From: Gammaproteobacteria bacterium
GTDB lineage: Bacteria; Pseudomonadota; Gammaproteobacteria; GCA-001735895
NCBI GenBank assembly: GCA_047629275.1
Contig: JBLHWR010000003.1
Location: 1 to 41,877, forward strand
Length of the DNA: 41,877 bases
Direction of reading: 5' to 3'
In this document: piece by piece, positions 1 through 10,563 of the stretch
Layout of the letters: each line of letters starts with the position of its first letter
Numbering within the stretch: the first letter of the stretch is position 1
Notes under the pieces: generated by a model
Told to the model about the DNA's origin: nothing
Seen by the model: only the letters and a program-made list of their open reading frames with translations
Database searches by the model: none
Program-made: the position numbers and the translations under genes

Positions 1-96
1 TTAATGTGTCATTCTCTAAACCATTTTCAACGTTCTTTTAACTTACGCTAATTAACTTCTCAACCCAGCTTTTTCTGCCTGACTGCTTCATAGCGA

Positions 97-155
97 GGGC
101 GCATTATAGGCAGTTTTGATATCTCGTCAACGCCTATTTTGATTTTATTTAAAAC
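97..155 (-). promoter_or_regulatory. sigma70 promoter of rRNA/tRNA (stringent) type, firing leftward out of the window
   Basis: Minus strand reads TTGACG (130-125), 16 bp spacer, TATAAT (108-103), GC-rich discriminator GCGCCC (102-97), with an A-tract UP-like element at 131-155. This matches rrn P1 architecture. Confidence 0.75.
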
Positions 156-216
156 TACTGTTGAAACGCTTTTTTTGATAAATAATGAACACTCAGATAT
201 TTCAATTTTTTTTAGA

Positions 217-690
217 TTAAAGGTCTTTGCCATGGCATTTTTTATATTTTTTTGTGCTATTGCAAAAACAACTATCGTTTCGACTGAGTTTTACTGCTGG
301 GAGCAAGTCTCCATCTGTATAGAGCCATTGGCCTGCCAATTGTTTGAATCGTGATAATTCGTGTAACTGTTCAAATGGTTGGGCAGCATAGAATGCAACA
401 AACTCTACTGTGGCTTCTTCAATACCCGGCTTATGCGTCATTAGCTTTAAACCTAACCACTTAGTTTGTTGAATCGTATTCTGCAATTCAGTCTTATCAT
501 CGTCTCTTTTATAACTTGGATGGAGCGTGGTTAATAAGTAACTAGTATCACCCACACAAAAAGCACTGTACCTTGATCGCATTAGCTGTTCAGCACTACT
601 CGCAGTTAAGCAGTTATTATGTAGAGGTTGACAGCAAACTTTATAAGGCAATGAGCTACAACATGGACACTTATTAATGTCAGACTTCAA
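217..690 (-). CDS. ychJ: YchJ family protein with SEC-C motifs
   Basis: N-terminal CPCCS..Y..CC, AEQLMRSRYSAF, W.Y.DG, and C-terminal SEC-C RND.CFC.S.KKYKKCHG. Confidence 0.88.
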   Translation of the reverse strand: MKSDINKCPCCSSLPYKVCCQPLHNNCLTASSAEQLMRSRYSAFCVGDTSYLLTTLHPSYKRDDDKTELQNTIQQTKWLGLKLMTHKPGIEEATVEFVAFYAAQPFEQLHELSRFKQLAGQWLYTDGDLLPAVKLSRNDSCFCNSTKKYKKCHGKDL

Positions 691-1483
691 ATGCTATCTG
701 CTCACTTTGAGAGACTAACTTCATCAGATCGTCATATATAAACTCATAATTTAACACCCGCTTTACCTTTTGATTACTAACAATCTTAAACTCGAGTTTA
801 TTTGACATTACAAAATTGGGTAGTGGCTCACCTAAACATTGTTTTGCCTGCCCATAGAATTCTCGTTTCGTTGGGTGACTGCCAGCACAAGCATTAAATA
901 TCTCACCCCAGACTTTTTGTTCTATTATTTGGCTAAGAATATTGACACAGTCCGTTTGATGAATCAGATTTACCGGACTTTCTGATTGCTCTACTGATTT
1001 GCCATTCTTAAAAAAACGTCCTGGATGCCGAGCTGGTCCAATTAATCCCGCAAAACGAACAATTGTCGTTTGAAAATGGGGACTACTCATAAATTGTTTT
1101 TCTATTTGATAAAGAGGACTATTGATATTTTCAACGCCGTCTGATTCTTTGGCAATATCATTGGTATTCTGATAGACAGAACTTGAACTCACAAACAATA
1201 CTCGACGTGCTGTTGACGCCTTTATGTTAATAATCAGTTCTGAATAGCTTAGAATATTTTTTGAAGTAATATTCACAATCAACACGTCACAGTCCAAAAA
1301 GGCTTGAATGTCACCTGATTGATTATCTATATCAATTAGGTAAGGTATTGTTCCGGCTTCTTTTAACTGACTTAAACGATTTGGGGTGCGTGTTGATGCT
1401 TTTACTTGGCATGATTGTCGCTGAAAATGACGGTTTAAGGCCAGACCAAGCCAACCACTGCCTAATAAACTGATCGTTTTCAT
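680..1483 (-). CDS. NAD(P)-dependent epimerase/dehydratase-like protein (YeeZ-like atypical SDR)
   Basis: Rossmann motif LLGSGWLG, FVSSSSVY, RFAGLIGP.RHPGRF, PVNLIH..D. Confidence 0.8.
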   Translation of the reverse strand: MKTISLLGSGWLGLALNRHFQRQSCQVKASTRTPNRLSQLKEAGTIPYLIDIDNQSGDIQAFLDCDVLIVNITSKNILSYSELIINIKASTARRVLFVSSSSVYQNTNDIAKESDGVENINSPLYQIEKQFMSSPHFQTTIVRFAGLIGPARHPGRFFKNGKSVEQSESPVNLIHQTDCVNILSQIIEQKVWGEIFNACAGSHPTKREFYGQAKQCLGEPLPNFVMSNKLEFKIVSNQKVKRVLNYEFIYDDLMKLVSQSEQIAFEV

Positions 1484-1611
1484 TAGTTATTGCTACGGGA
1501 ATATCAATACTAACCATTTTAGCACAGGACATTGAGATAACTATGATCGGATGAAACATCATTAGTTATAGAATACACTCTAAATAATTTACACAGTCTG
1601 CCTTTAAAACA

Positions 1612-2076
1612 ATGCAAAATACTTCAGACATAATAATACTAGGGTGGCGAGAGTGGATTTCATTACCTCAACTCAATTTACCCGCTGTTAAAGCCAAAAT
1701 TGATACCGGTGCAAAAACCTCTGCATTACATGCGTTTTATGTTAAGCCGTATCAAAAAGAAAGCGTTGATATGGTTAAATTTTTAATCCATCCAATTCAG
1801 GCGAACGCTAACTTTCCAGTTGAATGTCATGCCGCCGTAATTGATCAACGTAAGATTGCTGACTCTGGTGGTCATAAAGAAATGCGTTATGTTATCGAAA
1901 GTATGATAACAATTGGTGACAGAAGTTGGCCAATTGAACTAAGCTTAACTAATCGAGATACTATGCGATTTCGAATGTTACTGGGTCGCCGCGCTATGGG
2001 ATCTAGTGCTCTGGTTGAGCCCGGCGCCTCTTATTTACACGGCAAGTTAAATCCTCAAACACTCTACAATTTATAG
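1612..2076 (+). CDS. RimK-associated retropepsin-like protease (RimB / 'ATP-dependent zinc protease' family)
   Basis: GWREW, AKIDTGAKTSALHA, LTNRDTMRFRMLLGR; directly upstream of rimK. Confidence 0.88.
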   Translation: MQNTSDIIILGWREWISLPQLNLPAVKAKIDTGAKTSALHAFYVKPYQKESVDMVKFLIHPIQANANFPVECHAAVIDQRKIADSGGHKEMRYVIESMITIGDRSWPIELSLTNRDTMRFRMLLGRRAMGSSALVEPGASYLHGKLNPQTLYNL

Positions 2077-2091
2077 GCTGGAAACGCGCAT

Positions 2092-2997
2092 ATGAAAATC
2101 GCCTTATTAACTCGAAATAAAAAGCTCTATTCGTCTAAAAGAATTATTGAAGCGGCTGAGGAGCGCGGGCATGAAATCGTCGTTATTGACGTTTTAAGGG
2201 CCTATATGAACATCGCCTCACATAAGCCCTCAATTCACTATAAAGGCGAAACACTCGATGGCTTTGATGCGGTTATCCCTCGTATCGGTGCATCAGTTAC
2301 CAGTTATGGTTCTGCGGTTCTTCGCCAGTTCGAAATGATGGATGTTTCGCCACTGAACGAGTCAGTTGCTATTACGCGATCTCGTGATAAATTACGATCA
2401 CTGCAATTGTTATCTAGGAAAGGTATCGGTATGCCACTAACAGGTTATGCGAACAAGCCAGATGACATCAAAGATGTCATAAAAATGGTTGGCGGCGCAC
2501 CGCTTGTTGTCAAACTATTACAAGGCACTCAAGGCATTGGTGTTGTTTTGGCAGAAACACAACAGGCTGCTGAAAGCGTTATCGAAGGTTTTATGGGCGT
2601 TAAAGCCGACATTCTGGTGCAAGAATTCATTAAAGAAGCGGGTGGTTCTGATATTCGTTGCTTTGTTATTGATGGGAAGGTTGTTGCATCAATGAAAAGA
2701 CAAGCACCTATCGGTGAATTTCGATCCAACCTGCATCGTGGTGGCACATCCAGCCTAATTAAGATTACACCAGAAGAACGATCGACCGCAGTAAGAGCCG
2801 CCAAAATTATGGGGCTTAACGTTGCCGGTGTTGACTTGTTAAGGTCCAATCATGGCCCTGTCGTTATGGAAGTGAACTCAAGCCCCGGATTAGAAGGCAT
2901 CGAAGGCGCAACAGGTAAAGATGTTGCAGGTATGATTATCAGCTACATGGAGCGAAGCTGTACACCAGGAAAAACAAAAACTCGTGGCAAGGGTTAG
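2092..2997 (+). CDS. rimK: Ribosomal protein S6--L-glutamate ligase (ATP-grasp)
   Basis: 301 aa; [55 protein letters not shown]. Confidence 0.96.
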   Translation: MKIALLTRNKKLYSSKRIIEAAEERGHEIVVIDVLRAYMNIASHKPSIHYKGETLDGFDAVIPRIGASVTSYGSAVLRQFEMMDVSPLNESVAITRSRDKLRSLQLLSRKGIGMPLTGYANKPDDIKDVIKMVGGAPLVVKLLQGTQGIGVVLAETQQAAESVIEGFMGVKADILVQEFIKEAGGSDIRCFVIDGKVVASMKRQAPIGEFRSNLHRGGTSSLIKITPEERSTAVRAAKIMGLNVAGVDLLRSNHGPVVMEVNSSPGLEGIEGATGKDVAGMIISYMERSCTPGKTKTRGKG

Positions 2998-4060
2998 CGC
3001 CATTTTATCGTCTAAGCGTAATCCATTAACCATTGCTGGTGTAACGGTTCAACCCGGCTCTCGCCAAACAATTGATATCCCATTACCGAGTTTTTATACT
3101 CAAAGTAGCGCCTGCATGCCCGTGCAGATCGTCCATGGTAGAAAGTCAGGACCCTGTTTATTAGTTTGTGCCGCCATTCATGGGGATGAAATTAATGGTG
3201 TCGAAATTGTTCGACGCATTCTCGCACATAAGTTATTGGATCGAATCCAAGGTACATTAATAGCAATACCGGTTGTTAATGTGTTTGGTTTTGTTTCTAA
3301 ATCTCGTTATCTGCCTGACCGCAGAGATTTGAACCGCTCTTTCCCTGGCTCAGAGACTGGATCAATGGCTTCGCGTCTTGCGAACATTTTGATGACTGAA
3401 ATTATCCCCCATTGCACTCAAGTAATTGACTTGCATACAGGTGCCGTAAATCGGGAAAACTTGCCTCAAATTCGGGCCAAAATAATAGGTGAGCCCGATA
3501 TAGAAGAGATGGCCAGAGCTTTTGGTGTACCCGTTATACTCAACTCTGAATTAATCGATGGTTCTTTTCGAATGGCTGCGCGTGATCACGAGATCCCAGT
3601 GTTGCTTTATGAAGCAGGAGAAGCCTTAAGGTTTAATGAAGTGGCTATTCGCGCTGGCGTAAAAGGTATAATGGGTGTTATGTCTCATTTAGGTATGCGC
3701 AAAAAAAGCACCCGTCATCGCAATAGCGACACATTAATTGCGACTTCAAGCCAATGGCTTCGCGCCAGCCAAAGTGGCATTCTGAGGTCAATAGTCGCTA
3801 TTGGATCAAAGGTTGAATCAGGTGAAATTTTGGCTTATATCAATGACCCCATGGGTGAAAATGGTGAAGCTATTGTCAGTCCAATATCAGGTATTGTAAT
3901 TGGTAGAACTAATCTCCCACTGGTCTTTGAAGGCGAAGCAGTATTTCACATCGCTAATTACAAAAAAGCAGGCGCTGTGTCTGACAGTATAGAAGCCTAT
4001 CAAGATGAACTAGATCCACTCAGCGATAGCGTTGAAAGCGACGAACCCCCTTTAATGTAG
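2984..4060 (+). CDS. Succinylglutamate desuccinylase/aspartoacylase family (M14-like) deacylase
   Basis: [31 protein letters not shown]; C-terminal biotinyl-like barrel; overlaps the rimK stop. Confidence 0.88.
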   Translation: MARVSAILSSKRNPLTIAGVTVQPGSRQTIDIPLPSFYTQSSACMPVQIVHGRKSGPCLLVCAAIHGDEINGVEIVRRILAHKLLDRIQGTLIAIPVVNVFGFVSKSRYLPDRRDLNRSFPGSETGSMASRLANILMTEIIPHCTQVIDLHTGAVNRENLPQIRAKIIGEPDIEEMARAFGVPVILNSELIDGSFRMAARDHEIPVLLYEAGEALRFNEVAIRAGVKGIMGVMSHLGMRKKSTRHRNSDTLIATSSQWLRASQSGILRSIVAIGSKVESGEILAYINDPMGENGEAIVSPISGIVIGRTNLPLVFEGEAVFHIANYKKAGAVSDSIEAYQDELDPLSDSVESDEPPLM

Positions 4061-4109
4061 AAAAATATCTACTATGAGTATTGATAACCTCACCAGAATA
4101 ATTAAAGAT

Positions 4110-4595
4110 ATGAAAATAAAAATTCTCGCCACTGGCGGCACCTTCGACAAAGTTTACTATGATGCGAAAAACCAATTTCATATTGGTGAACCTATGGCGA
4201 GTGCAATTCTCGAAGAAGCCAATGTTACTTACGACTATGATGTCGAATCAATTCTGAAGAAGGATAGCCTTGATATTAACAACGAAGATCGGGCGATGAT
4301 TAGACAAAAGGTAGAACAGGATTCTCATGACAAAATTATTATTATCCACGGCACCGATACCATGGTCAAAACCGCGATGGAACTATTGGGCATTGAAGGC
4401 AAAACAATCGTCATAACTGGAGCCATGCAACCTGCCCGTATGCGGGTCAGTGATTCCAGTTACAACATGGGCGTCGCTGCAACCGCAGTACAATTGTTAC
4501 CAGTGGGCGTCTATGTGGCAATGAATGGTTTGGTTTTTGATCCGAGGACAACAGTCAAAAATATTGATTTGAATCGATTTGAATCCATTAGTTAA
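4110..4595 (+). CDS. Single-domain asparaginase/glutaminase-like protein
   Basis: ATGGTFDK, HGTDTM, ITGAMQP motifs; N-terminal catalytic domain only. Start more likely ATG 4110 than 4074. Confidence 0.82.
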   Translation: MKIKILATGGTFDKVYYDAKNQFHIGEPMASAILEEANVTYDYDVESILKKDSLDINNEDRAMIRQKVEQDSHDKIIIIHGTDTMVKTAMELLGIEGKTIVITGAMQPARMRVSDSSYNMGVAATAVQLLPVGVYVAMNGLVFDPRTTVKNIDLNRFESIS

Positions 4596-4641
4596 CCAAA
4601 GATCCTTCAGACTATTGGACCGAAAATTAACCAAGCAGTTA

Positions 4642-5262
4642 TTAATCAAACATATCTCTCCCAGCTAAAAAAGGATATATACGCACCGCTTCCCTAAGGC
4701 TTTTCCTTGCTAAATCGTGATTTCCTTGCTCCCACAACATAACCGCTAAGCCTGATAACGCACCGAAATGGCGTGGTTCAAGTTTCAATGTTTGAGCAAC
4801 GTCGAGCACCGAAGCCTCGAAATTTCCCATCAGATAATAAATTGTTGCTCGCTGATTCCAACCTTCACTATAATTGGGATATCGAGAAATCAAATCATCT
4901 AATAAGTTTATCGCCTTTCCATAATCACCAGATTGGCGTATCGCCATAATTACTTGCATCATTTGGTTGACAACACGATTATCTGAATTCATCCATAGGT
5001 GCCAAATAGACTGCTCAATTTTACGAGCATTCTGTTCACTTTTGACGACCTTCAAATTAGCAAACATAATGTCGAGTTTTTTAGCGCGCAATATATCGCC
5101 CTGATTACTCTGTATTATCGGCTTTACTTCACTGGGTAATTGGCTGCTGAAGCTAGCCTGTACGCTATGGTTGAAAGCAAGCAAACTCAAAATTAGCAAG
5201 ACCCGAGAGCTTTTAATATTAAAAGTATTATATTGATTCATTGAAGCACCCAACGTTAACAT
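4642..5262 (-). CDS. Exported tetratricopeptide-repeat protein
   Basis: Signal-peptide-like LLILSLLAFNHSVQA; TPR motifs EGWNQRATIYY and LEPRHFGALSGL. Start may be ATG 5241. Confidence 0.78.
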   Translation of the reverse strand: MLTLGASMNQYNTFNIKSSRVLLILSLLAFNHSVQASFSSQLPSEVKPIIQSNQGDILRAKKLDIMFANLKVVKSEQNARKIEQSIWHLWMNSDNRVVNQMMQVIMAIRQSGDYGKAINLLDDLISRYPNYSEGWNQRATIYYLMGNFEASVLDVAQTLKLEPRHFGALSGLAVMLWEQGNHDLARKSLREAVRIYPFLAGRDMFD

Positions 5263-5561
5263 ACAGTATTATTCTATAGTTTTATGACAGCCAACATTTA
5301 AAAAAAGTTCTCGCCCACTTAATATAAAAAAATACAGACTAATTTATATTGCACAGAATTAATCGATATATTTGAATAATGTGAGAAAAACCAACGATTC
5401 TATAATTCAACTTATGGCCTGCAACATTCCAAATGAGATAATTAATTGAATTTTGATGTATTGCGTTCGCAACTTAAATGAAGTCAAATTGACTAACCAT
5501 ATCACTAAGAAGACTTGATTATTAGACATCAAGAAACCCGTTAACTTAAATATCTTTAACT

Positions 5562-6800
5562 ATGCGTTCTCGTTCAATTTTAAAATTTATTTTACCTATT
5601 CTAGTGATTGCAGTTGCATTCGGTTCATTCCAGATTTTAAAGGCGAGCAAACCCGAACGTGATAAGCCTGAAGTCAAAGAAAAAGTCTGGCAGGTCGATA
5701 TCATGCTTGCAAACAAGCAGAATGTTTCACCCGAGCTAACTCTTTATGGTCGTGTCGAATCACCTCAACTATTGAATGCCGCAGCGCCAGGCAGTGGGGT
5801 CATCAGTCAGGTGCTGGTTCAAGATGGAACACAAGTTAAACAGGGCGATATTTTGGTGAGCATGGACCAACGTGACTTTGCATCAGTCATGATTCAGGCT
5901 CGGTCTGATTTAAATAGTATTAAAAATCAAATCATTGAGCTTGGAATTCGACACCGTTCAAATCAAGCTGCACTAGCAACTGAACATGAACTGCTAAACC
6001 TAGCTAATGCAAATGTGCAGCGCATGCTTAAGTTGAAGCTGAAAAATTTAGGGACAGAATCGGCATTAAATGATGCTCGTAGCACATTGGGTCGACAGCA
6101 ACTCTCGGTGATATCACGAGAACTTGAAGTCCAAAGTTTTAATGTTAAAAAGAATAATCTGGAAACAGAGCGCGATAGTCAGGTCGCTCGCGTTGATGAC
6201 GCACAGTTAATGTTTGAACGTAGCGAAGTTGTCGCACCCTTCGATGCCATTGTTAGTTCAATGCCAGTATCTATTGGCGACAGAGTTTCGACTGGCCAAA
6301 CTCTAGTATCACTTTATCCCGTTGATGGTCTTGAAATTCGCGCACATGTACCTGCTCGTTATATTGACAGCATTCAACAAGCTATTACAGAGGGTGAACA
6401 ACACCATGCTCTAGTTTCTACTGCGTCTGGAATTCTAAAATTACAATTGATTCGACTTGCTGGCAAAGCTCAGGCATCGGGTATTGATGCTTATTTCCGA
6501 TCTGGCATTGCCAGCCATGATCTCCGTCCTGGTAGCTTACTGTCCCTTAATTTTGGGTTACCAGAACAATCATCACTTATAGCAATCCCTTATCAAGCAA
6601 TTTATGGAAATTCCAGAATTTATTTACTTAAACAAGACCGTCTGGTCGCAGTGAACGTTGAATCAATTGGTCAATATCTCCAACCTGATGGTTCTGCAGC
6701 GCTTCTTATACGTAGTGCCAAAATAAATCAAAACGATCAAATTGTAATTACCCATTTACCGAATGCGGTTGATGGCCTCAAGGTGAGCCTTTTTAAATGA
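5562..6800 (+). CDS. RND efflux periplasmic adaptor (membrane fusion protein)
   Basis: N-terminal anchor, lipoyl half-motifs (G.QVKQGDILV; APFDAIV...GDRVSTGQ), coiled-coil hairpin; ATGA overlap with next gene. Confidence 0.88.
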   Translation: MRSRSILKFILPILVIAVAFGSFQILKASKPERDKPEVKEKVWQVDIMLANKQNVSPELTLYGRVESPQLLNAAAPGSGVISQVLVQDGTQVKQGDILVSMDQRDFASVMIQARSDLNSIKNQIIELGIRHRSNQAALATEHELLNLANANVQRMLKLKLKNLGTESALNDARSTLGRQQLSVISRELEVQSFNVKKNNLETERDSQVARVDDAQLMFERSEVVAPFDAIVSSMPVSIGDRVSTGQTLVSLYPVDGLEIRAHVPARYIDSIQQAITEGEQHHALVSTASGILKLQLIRLAGKAQASGIDAYFRSGIASHDLRPGSLLSLNFGLPEQSSLIAIPYQAIYGNSRIYLLKQDRLVAVNVESIGQYLQPDGSAALLIRSAKINQNDQIVITHLPNAVDGLKVSLFK

Positions 6801-9800
6801 GCTCGCAAATGGAGCCTCAAGTAAGCTCAAAATCAAAGCATCAAAATGATTTGCTTGGCTTGTTTGCCAATCACAAAGTCGCGCCAAACCTGTTGATGAT
6901 AATGATGATTATCGCTGGCATCATCGCACTCACCAAACTCAATGTTCAATTTTTCCCCACTTTCGAACTCGATACCATTTCAATTTCGACGACTTGGACT
7001 GGTGCCAGTGCCGAAGATATCGAAACTGGCATTACCAATCCGCTCGAGCAGCGTCTAAGGAGTCTCGATGAGTTAAAAGAAATGAGTTCGACCTCGGCGT
7101 CGGGCTTGTCGGGCATTACCCTTGAATTTAATGAAGGCTCCGACCTATCGCTAGCCTTGGATAATGTCAAAAAACAAATTGATAGCTTTACTAGTTTACC
7201 TGAGGACGCTGAATTACCACGAGTGTCACAGGTTGTTTACTATGAATCGGTAGCCAGATTGCTCATTAGTGGCCCCAAAAATTTAAACGAATTACGCACT
7301 ATTGCCCGTCGATTTGAACTTGAACTATTGTCACGGGGTGTGGACAAAATCGATATCTATGGGCTACCCAAGCAAAGCATACAAATCGAAGTAGCGGCCG
7401 AACAAATTCAAAGCCTCGGCTTAGGCCTTGATGACCTCGCTCAACGAATCAAAAATGCGAGTCAGGATTTACCGGCTGGATTAATCGGTGAGAATGATGG
7501 TGCACGCGAAATTCGTAGCCAAAATCAACGCCGAAGTGCACTTGAGTTTAATGATCTGAGCATTGTTAGCACACAAGACAAACGAATCAATCTTGGTGAT
7601 ATCGCCACTATAGAAAACAAATCAATTGCGGGTTCATCGACCATTACTATTGGAGATAGCAAAGCCGTGGTGATGGTATTACGTCGCAGCGAGTCGGGTG
7701 ACTCTTTGAAATCGGCTGAAGTATTGCAAGGCTGGCTCGACGATACACTTCCCACACTCTCCCCTAGTGTTAAGGTTCAGGTATTCAACGAGCGCTGGGA
7801 ACTAATCAAGGGTCGCATTATGCTATTAGTAGAGAATGGCATAGGTGGCCTCGCACTAGTGCTACTCATTTTATATGCCTTCCTCTCAACTCGTGTTGCG
7901 TTCTGGGTTGCTGTTGGTATACCTGTCTCGTTCATGGCCACACTGGCCGCGCTCTATCTATTCGGAGGCAGTATTAATATGATCAGCTTATTCGCACTGA
8001 TCATGGCGTTGGGCATTATTGTTGATGATGCCATCGTAGTCGGTGAAGATGCCCAAGCTCATTATGATGAGGGCGAAGACCCACTCAAGGCTTCAGAAGG
8101 CGGTGCACGCCGTATGCTGACACCAGTATTGGCATCGTCATTAACGACCATTGCGGCCTTCCTTCCTCTAATGATGGTTGGTGGACGCATGGGCAATATC
8201 ATGATCGCCATTCCAATAGTCATTATATGCGTCATTATTGCCTCCCTAATCGAAAGTTTTTTAATATTACCAGGTCATCTTCGAACTGCTTTCTCGGGCC
8301 AAGATAGACAAAAAGAGTCAAAAATTCGTGTAAAGCTGACTAATGGTTTCAATCGATTCAGGGATCACTTGTTCCGTCCCTTAGTTCACGCCGCCATCGA
8401 GTTTCGTTGGACAACAATTGCTTTTGCCTTTAGTTTCTTAATCTTTGCGGTCGGGTTATTTGTTGGTGGGAAAATTGGCTGGCAATTCTTCCCCTCACCC
8501 GAATCAACCACGGTTTATGCCAATGTTCGGTTTGTTGCTGGCACATCCAATGCAGTAGTGGATAAATTTCTACTTCACACAGAAAATGAACTAAAAAACA
8601 CAATAGAATCTTACGATGAAACTGTCGTCAAAACCTATTACACGTCACATGCAAAAACATCTGGTCAAGGTCGAGCTATTACCGGTGAGCGAGTAGGCTC
8701 AGTCTATGTGGAACTTGTTAGCTCAGAAAACAGACAAACCGAAAATGTCGATTTCATTCAGAACTGGCGCAAAAGAGTCGCTTTGCCCTCCGGCATTGAA
8801 AGCTTTACCATTTCGTCTCGCCGTGTTGGGCCTGTTAGTCGCGACCTGAATATTCGACTGACTGACGCTACCCCAGAGAGGCTTAAATCAGCCTCGTTAG
8901 ATTTACAGGAAGCACTCGCCAGCATTCCCGGCGTTAGCGCCATCGATGACGATTTACCCTATGGCCGCGAGCAACTGATTTACTCACTTAGCCCCGCGGG
9001 TGAGGCACTCGGCTTATCTATTACCGACCTTGGCCGGCAATTAAGAGCGGCTTATGATGGCATTGTCTTGCAACGATTCCAGCAAGGTGCCGATGAAGTC
9101 GACGTCCGCTTACAATTGCCTAGTACTGAACAACGTAACCTCAAGAGCTTACTTCAATTGCCCATTAAACTTCCCAGTGGCAATTTTGTTCCACTCGAAA
9201 GTGTTGCCGAATGGAGCTCAAATCAGGGCTTCGAATCGCTACGTCATTTCAATGGCAAGTTGTCAGCCGCCGTTACAGCTGATGTCAACGAGTCGGTCAT
9301 TAGTATTGTCGATATCTCGACCGATTTACGGACGTCAATACTACCCATACTGGCGAGTCAGTATGGCGTCAACTTCAGCATTGAAGGCAGTTCAGCTAGC
9401 CAAAGAGATACTTTTTCTGACATGAAGTTCGGGGCCATCATGGCGTTAATGATGATGTATCTGGTTCTGGCCTGGGTGTTTTCATCCTATGGCTGGCCTC
9501 TTTTAGTGATGATTACTATCCCTCTGGGCTTGACGGGCGCTGTGCTCGGACACTGGATGATGGATATGGACATGACCATTCTGTCACTGTTTGGTTTTTT
9601 CGGGTTATCAGGCATTGTTGTCAACGACTCCATAATACTCGTCATGTTTTACCAACAAATCAGAAGCAAAGGCGTTCCAATTTATCAAGCCTTAGAAGAA
9701 GCCGCCTGTCAAAGACTGCGCGCCGTATTACTCACATCACTCACCACCATTGCCGGTCTGACACCCTTGTTATTCGAGACCTCACGTCAGGCACAGTTTC

Positions 9801-9949
9801 TAATTCCCATGGCAGTGTCAATAGCATTTGGCCTTGCCTTCGCCACAGTGTTAATCTTACTAGTGATACCAGCCATGTTGTCGATTTATGAAGATGTACA
9901 TAGCTGGCTATCCTCTGATGCACAAAACAAAGCCATAGAACCGTCATAA
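6797..9949 (+). CDS. RND efflux permease, AcrB/AcrD/AcrF family
   Basis: 1050 aa; GIIVDDAIVVGE, GIVVNDSII, RLRAVLLTSLTTIAGLTPL. Confidence 0.93.
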   Translation: MSSQMEPQVSSKSKHQNDLLGLFANHKVAPNLLMIMMIIAGIIALTKLNVQFFPTFELDTISISTTWTGASAEDIETGITNPLEQRLRSLDELKEMSSTSASGLSGITLEFNEGSDLSLALDNVKKQIDSFTSLPEDAELPRVSQVVYYESVARLLISGPKNLNELRTIARRFELELLSRGVDKIDIYGLPKQSIQIEVAAEQIQSLGLGLDDLAQRIKNASQDLPAGLIGENDGAREIRSQNQRRSALEFNDLSIVSTQDKRINLGDIATIENKSIAGSSTITIGDSKAVVMVLRRSESGDSLKSAEVLQGWLDDTLPTLSPSVKVQVFNERWELIKGRIMLLVENGIGGLALVLLILYAFLSTRVAFWVAVGIPVSFMATLAALYLFGGSINMISLFALIMALGIIVDDAIVVGEDAQAHYDEGEDPLKASEGGARRMLTPVLASSLTTIAAFLPLMMVGGRMGNIMIAIPIVIICVIIASLIESFLILPGHLRTAFSGQDRQKESKIRVKLTNGFNRFRDHLFRPLVHAAIEFRWTTIAFAFSFLIFAVGLFVGGKIGWQFFPSPESTTVYANVRFVAGTSNAVVDKFLLHTENELKNTIESYDETVVKTYYTSHAKTSGQGRAITGERVGSVYVELVSSENRQTENVDFIQNWRKRVALPSGIESFTISSRRVGPVSRDLNIRLTDATPERLKSASLDLQEALASIPGVSAIDDDLPYGREQLIYSLSPAGEALGLSITDLGRQLRAAYDGIVLQRFQQGADEVDVRLQLPSTEQRNLKSLLQLPIKLPSGNFVPLESVAEWSSNQGFESLRHFNGKLSAAVTADVNESVISIVDISTDLRTSILPILASQYGVNFSIEGSSASQRDTFSDMKFGAIMALMMMYLVLAWVFSSYGWPLLVMITIPLGLTGAVLGHWMMDMDMTILSLFGFFGLSGIVVNDSIILVMFYQQIRSKGVPIYQALEEAACQRLRAVLLTSLTTIAGLTPLLFETSRQAQFLIPMAVSIAFGLAFATVLILLVIPAMLSIYEDVHSWLSSDAQNKAIEPS

Positions 9950-9969
9950 ACCTTAACTTACAGAAGAAT

Positions 9970-10323
9970 ATGCCAAAGCCAAATGAACTTGAAAAAGAAC
10001 AATTAAAATCCGTCGCCCTACCGATTTGGAAAAATATTATCGAATCCTCACGAAACCAGGATTACGCTCGATTTTCACGCGGTTTTTCCAGTGATTTACG
10101 AGGCAAGTTATCGGAAGAGCATTTTCGCCAAAGCTGTATTGACTTCCCATTAATTACACACATTGCCGATGACTATGAGTTTATTGATTCAATCCACCGT
10201 GAAAATGGCATTAGTATTCTATGGCGAGTAACCAGCACTAAATACGCAGGCGATTTTTTAGGCATTTTAACTTTGCATAATGGAGAGTCGGGCGTTGAAA
10301 TTACAGGGGTTTCTGTTAACTAA
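9970..10323 (+). CDS. Small hypothetical protein (possibly NTF2-like/DUF3887-like)
   Basis: 117-aa ORF 20 bp after the RND gene; DY..FS..FS..L pattern. Family call is tentative. Confidence 0.6.
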   Translation: MPKPNELEKEQLKSVALPIWKNIIESSRNQDYARFSRGFSSDLRGKLSEEHFRQSCIDFPLITHIADDYEFIDSIHRENGISILWRVTSTKYAGDFLGILTLHNGESGVEITGVSVN

Positions 10324-10446
10324 GGCAGGCTTATTAATTGCTGAATTGTTATAGAAAGTAGTTAGGCCTAATACTGTATGATGCCTATTGTCATGTGTTG
10401 CTATATAGTTGCTTTAGCTATTAAAACTTTTTCATTCTCTTGGCAA

Positions 10447-10474
10447 TGATCCATCTTACAGATTTATCCGTAAT
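10447..10474 (+). promoter_or_regulatory. ECF11 (RpoE-ChrR) type promoter
   Basis: TGATCC (10447-10452), 16 bp spacer, CGTAAT (10469-10474), about 90 bp upstream of hemH. Confidence 0.7.
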
Positions 10475-10563
10475 TACTATATAAATCTATGCCTTCTCTT
10501 TAATATAGTCTCAACATAACTAGCCCATTCACTAAACCTGTACCCAACTGGCTCTCCCTACTA

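Noticed and set aside
5515-5532. TTGAT...ATCAA as an FNR site
   Set aside because: The spacer is 8 bp; FNR requires 4.
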